From: a virus | Lineage: Duplodnaviria > Caudoviricetes | Direction: 5' to 3' (one strand) | Length of the DNA: 64,000 bases | IMG/VR virus record: IMGVR_UViG_3300028591_000075 | Location: 160,001 to 224,000 of that record | Shown here: positions 63,051 to 64,000 of the stretch, one piece after another | Layout of the letters: each line of letters begins with the position of its first letter | How positions within the stretch are numbered: the first letter of the stretch is position 1 | Position numbers and translations under genes: made by a program | The notes under the pieces: generated by a model | Database searches by the model: none | What the model was told of the DNA's origin: nothing | The model's input: the letters and a program-made list of their open reading frames with translations, nothing else

Positions 63051-64000
63051 ATGAGAGAGCATTTTGATGTATTACTGGTAGGAGCGGGGTTGTACAATGC
63101 TGTCCTCGCCAACCGTTTTGCCAACCATGGCCTCAGTTGCCTTATTGTCGAGAAGCGCAATGAGATTGGCGGAAACTGCCATACCTATGACTTGAACGGC
63201 ATTACGGTTCACAAGTACGGCGCCCATATTTTCCATACGTCCAACGATGAAGTGTGGAAGTTTGCCAACAGGTTCGCGAACTTCGTCCCGTACCAGAATT
63301 CCCCGATTGCGATGACTAAGAAGGACGGCAAGTTCCTGTATCTCAACCTCCCGTTCAATATGAACACCTATGCCCGCATCTGGCCTGACCTGTCTCCGGA
63401 AGAAATTTCCGCGAAGATTGACGAGGAAATTGACGAGGCGAAGGCCACCGAGGATACGTTTACCCTGTCCGGCTGCTGTAAGCGCATGGTGGGCAAGACG
63501 GTGTTCGAGCTCCTGGTGAAGGACTATACCGAGAAGCAGTGGGGCAAGCCGTGTGAGGAACTTCCCCCGGATCTCATCAAGCGTCTCCCTATGCGCTTCA
63601 CATGGAACAACAACTACTTCAACGACAAGTACCAGGGCATCCCCGAGGAAGGGTACACCAAGTGGATCGAGAACATGATTTTCCGCGATGCGCCCAGCAA
63701 GGTCAACTTGCTCCTCGGTGTCGATTACTTGGGTAAGCGTATCGAATTGAATGCAATGGCCGGCCATGTGTTCTATTCCGGACGCCCGGACTTGCTGTAT
63801 GGCCAGCATGACCTTCCGTTCCGTAGCCTGAAATTCGAAACATCGGTAATGCCGATTCCGGACTTCCAGGGAACAGCCGTGGTGAACCATAACACGAAGG
63901 ATGTCCAGTACACCCGTACCATCGAGCATAAGCATTTCCAGCCGTGGAAAGAGGGCAACGAGATATGCGTGCCGCGCAACATGACGACCGTGGTCACTAC
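63051..64000 (+). CDS. glf: UDP-galactopyranose mutase (3'-truncated by the window edge; not in the ORF track)
   Basis: Manual translation: MREHFDVLLVGAGLYNAV...EKRNEIGGNC...VHKYGAHIFHT...YTEKQWG...YFNDKYQGIP...YTRTIEHKHF. Confidence 0.92.
   Translation, partial: MREHFDVLLVGAGLYNAVLANRFANHGLSCLIVEKRNEIGGNCHTYDLNGITVHKYGAHIFHTSNDEVWKFANRFANFVPYQNSPIAMTKKDGKFLYLNLPFNMNTYARIWPDLSPEEISAKIDEEIDEAKATEDTFTLSGCCKRMVGKTVFELLVKDYTEKQWGKPCEELPPDLIKRLPMRFTWNNNYFNDKYQGIPEEGYTKWIENMIFRDAPSKVNLLLGVDYLGKRIELNAMAGHVFYSGRPDLLYGQHDLPFRSLKFETSVMPIPDFQGTAVVNHNTKDVQYTRTIEHKHFQPWKEGNEICVPRNMTTVVT

Noticed and set aside
1-64000. Stop-codon reassignment (code 15 or 4) as in some gut/rumen jumbo phages
   Set aside because: Genes up to 2025 aa are intact in code 11, and TAG, TGA and TAA all end genes at sensible positions.
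1-64000. CRISPR arrays, tRNA/rRNA genes, integrase, transposase or reverse transcriptase
   Set aside because: None recognised by eye; intergenic spaces are short and mostly explained by promoters and terminators. tRNAscan and repeat finders were not run.

Overview
A 64-kb segment of a large T4-like (myovirus/jumbo-type) phage genome read in standard genetic code 11. Positions 1-43.7 kb are a virion module of baseplate, tail-fibre and adhesin genes (P2 gpI/gpH-like ends, YadA-head repeats, BspA/DUF285 LRRs, a Fib_succ_major domain hinting at a Fibrobacter-like anaerobic host). Small accessory operons are interleaved with it: three glycosyltransferases (one fused to a TupA-type ATP-grasp), a radical SAM enzyme and a P-loop kinase. 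Positions 43.7-64 kb are an early/metabolic region: ThyX, Thg1-like, Nudix, metallophosphoesterase, M16 peptidase, OFA-type MFS transporter, AAA ATPase, two DNA methyltransferases, guanylate-kinase-like, HNH, radical SAM, two 'FETNSSS' proteins, Nif3 and a truncated UDP-galactopyranose mutase. The most striking observation is a set of stand-alone mini-genes in the metabolic region that encode short pieces of a T4 gp23-type major capsid protein (43969, 56058 and an unlisted 46-aa ORF at 56324), plus a gp21-type prohead protease paralog lacking its catalytic motif (46987). These may be decoys against host sensors of phage structural proteins. Other highlights are a radical SAM + tandem TNSSS module, a probable virion glycosylation system, an inverted-repeat-flanked strong promoter with a candidate sRNA, and three -10 promoter classes, often exactly 6 nt before a start codon (leaderless). 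All family assignments come from motif recognition by eye and from memory; no searches were run.
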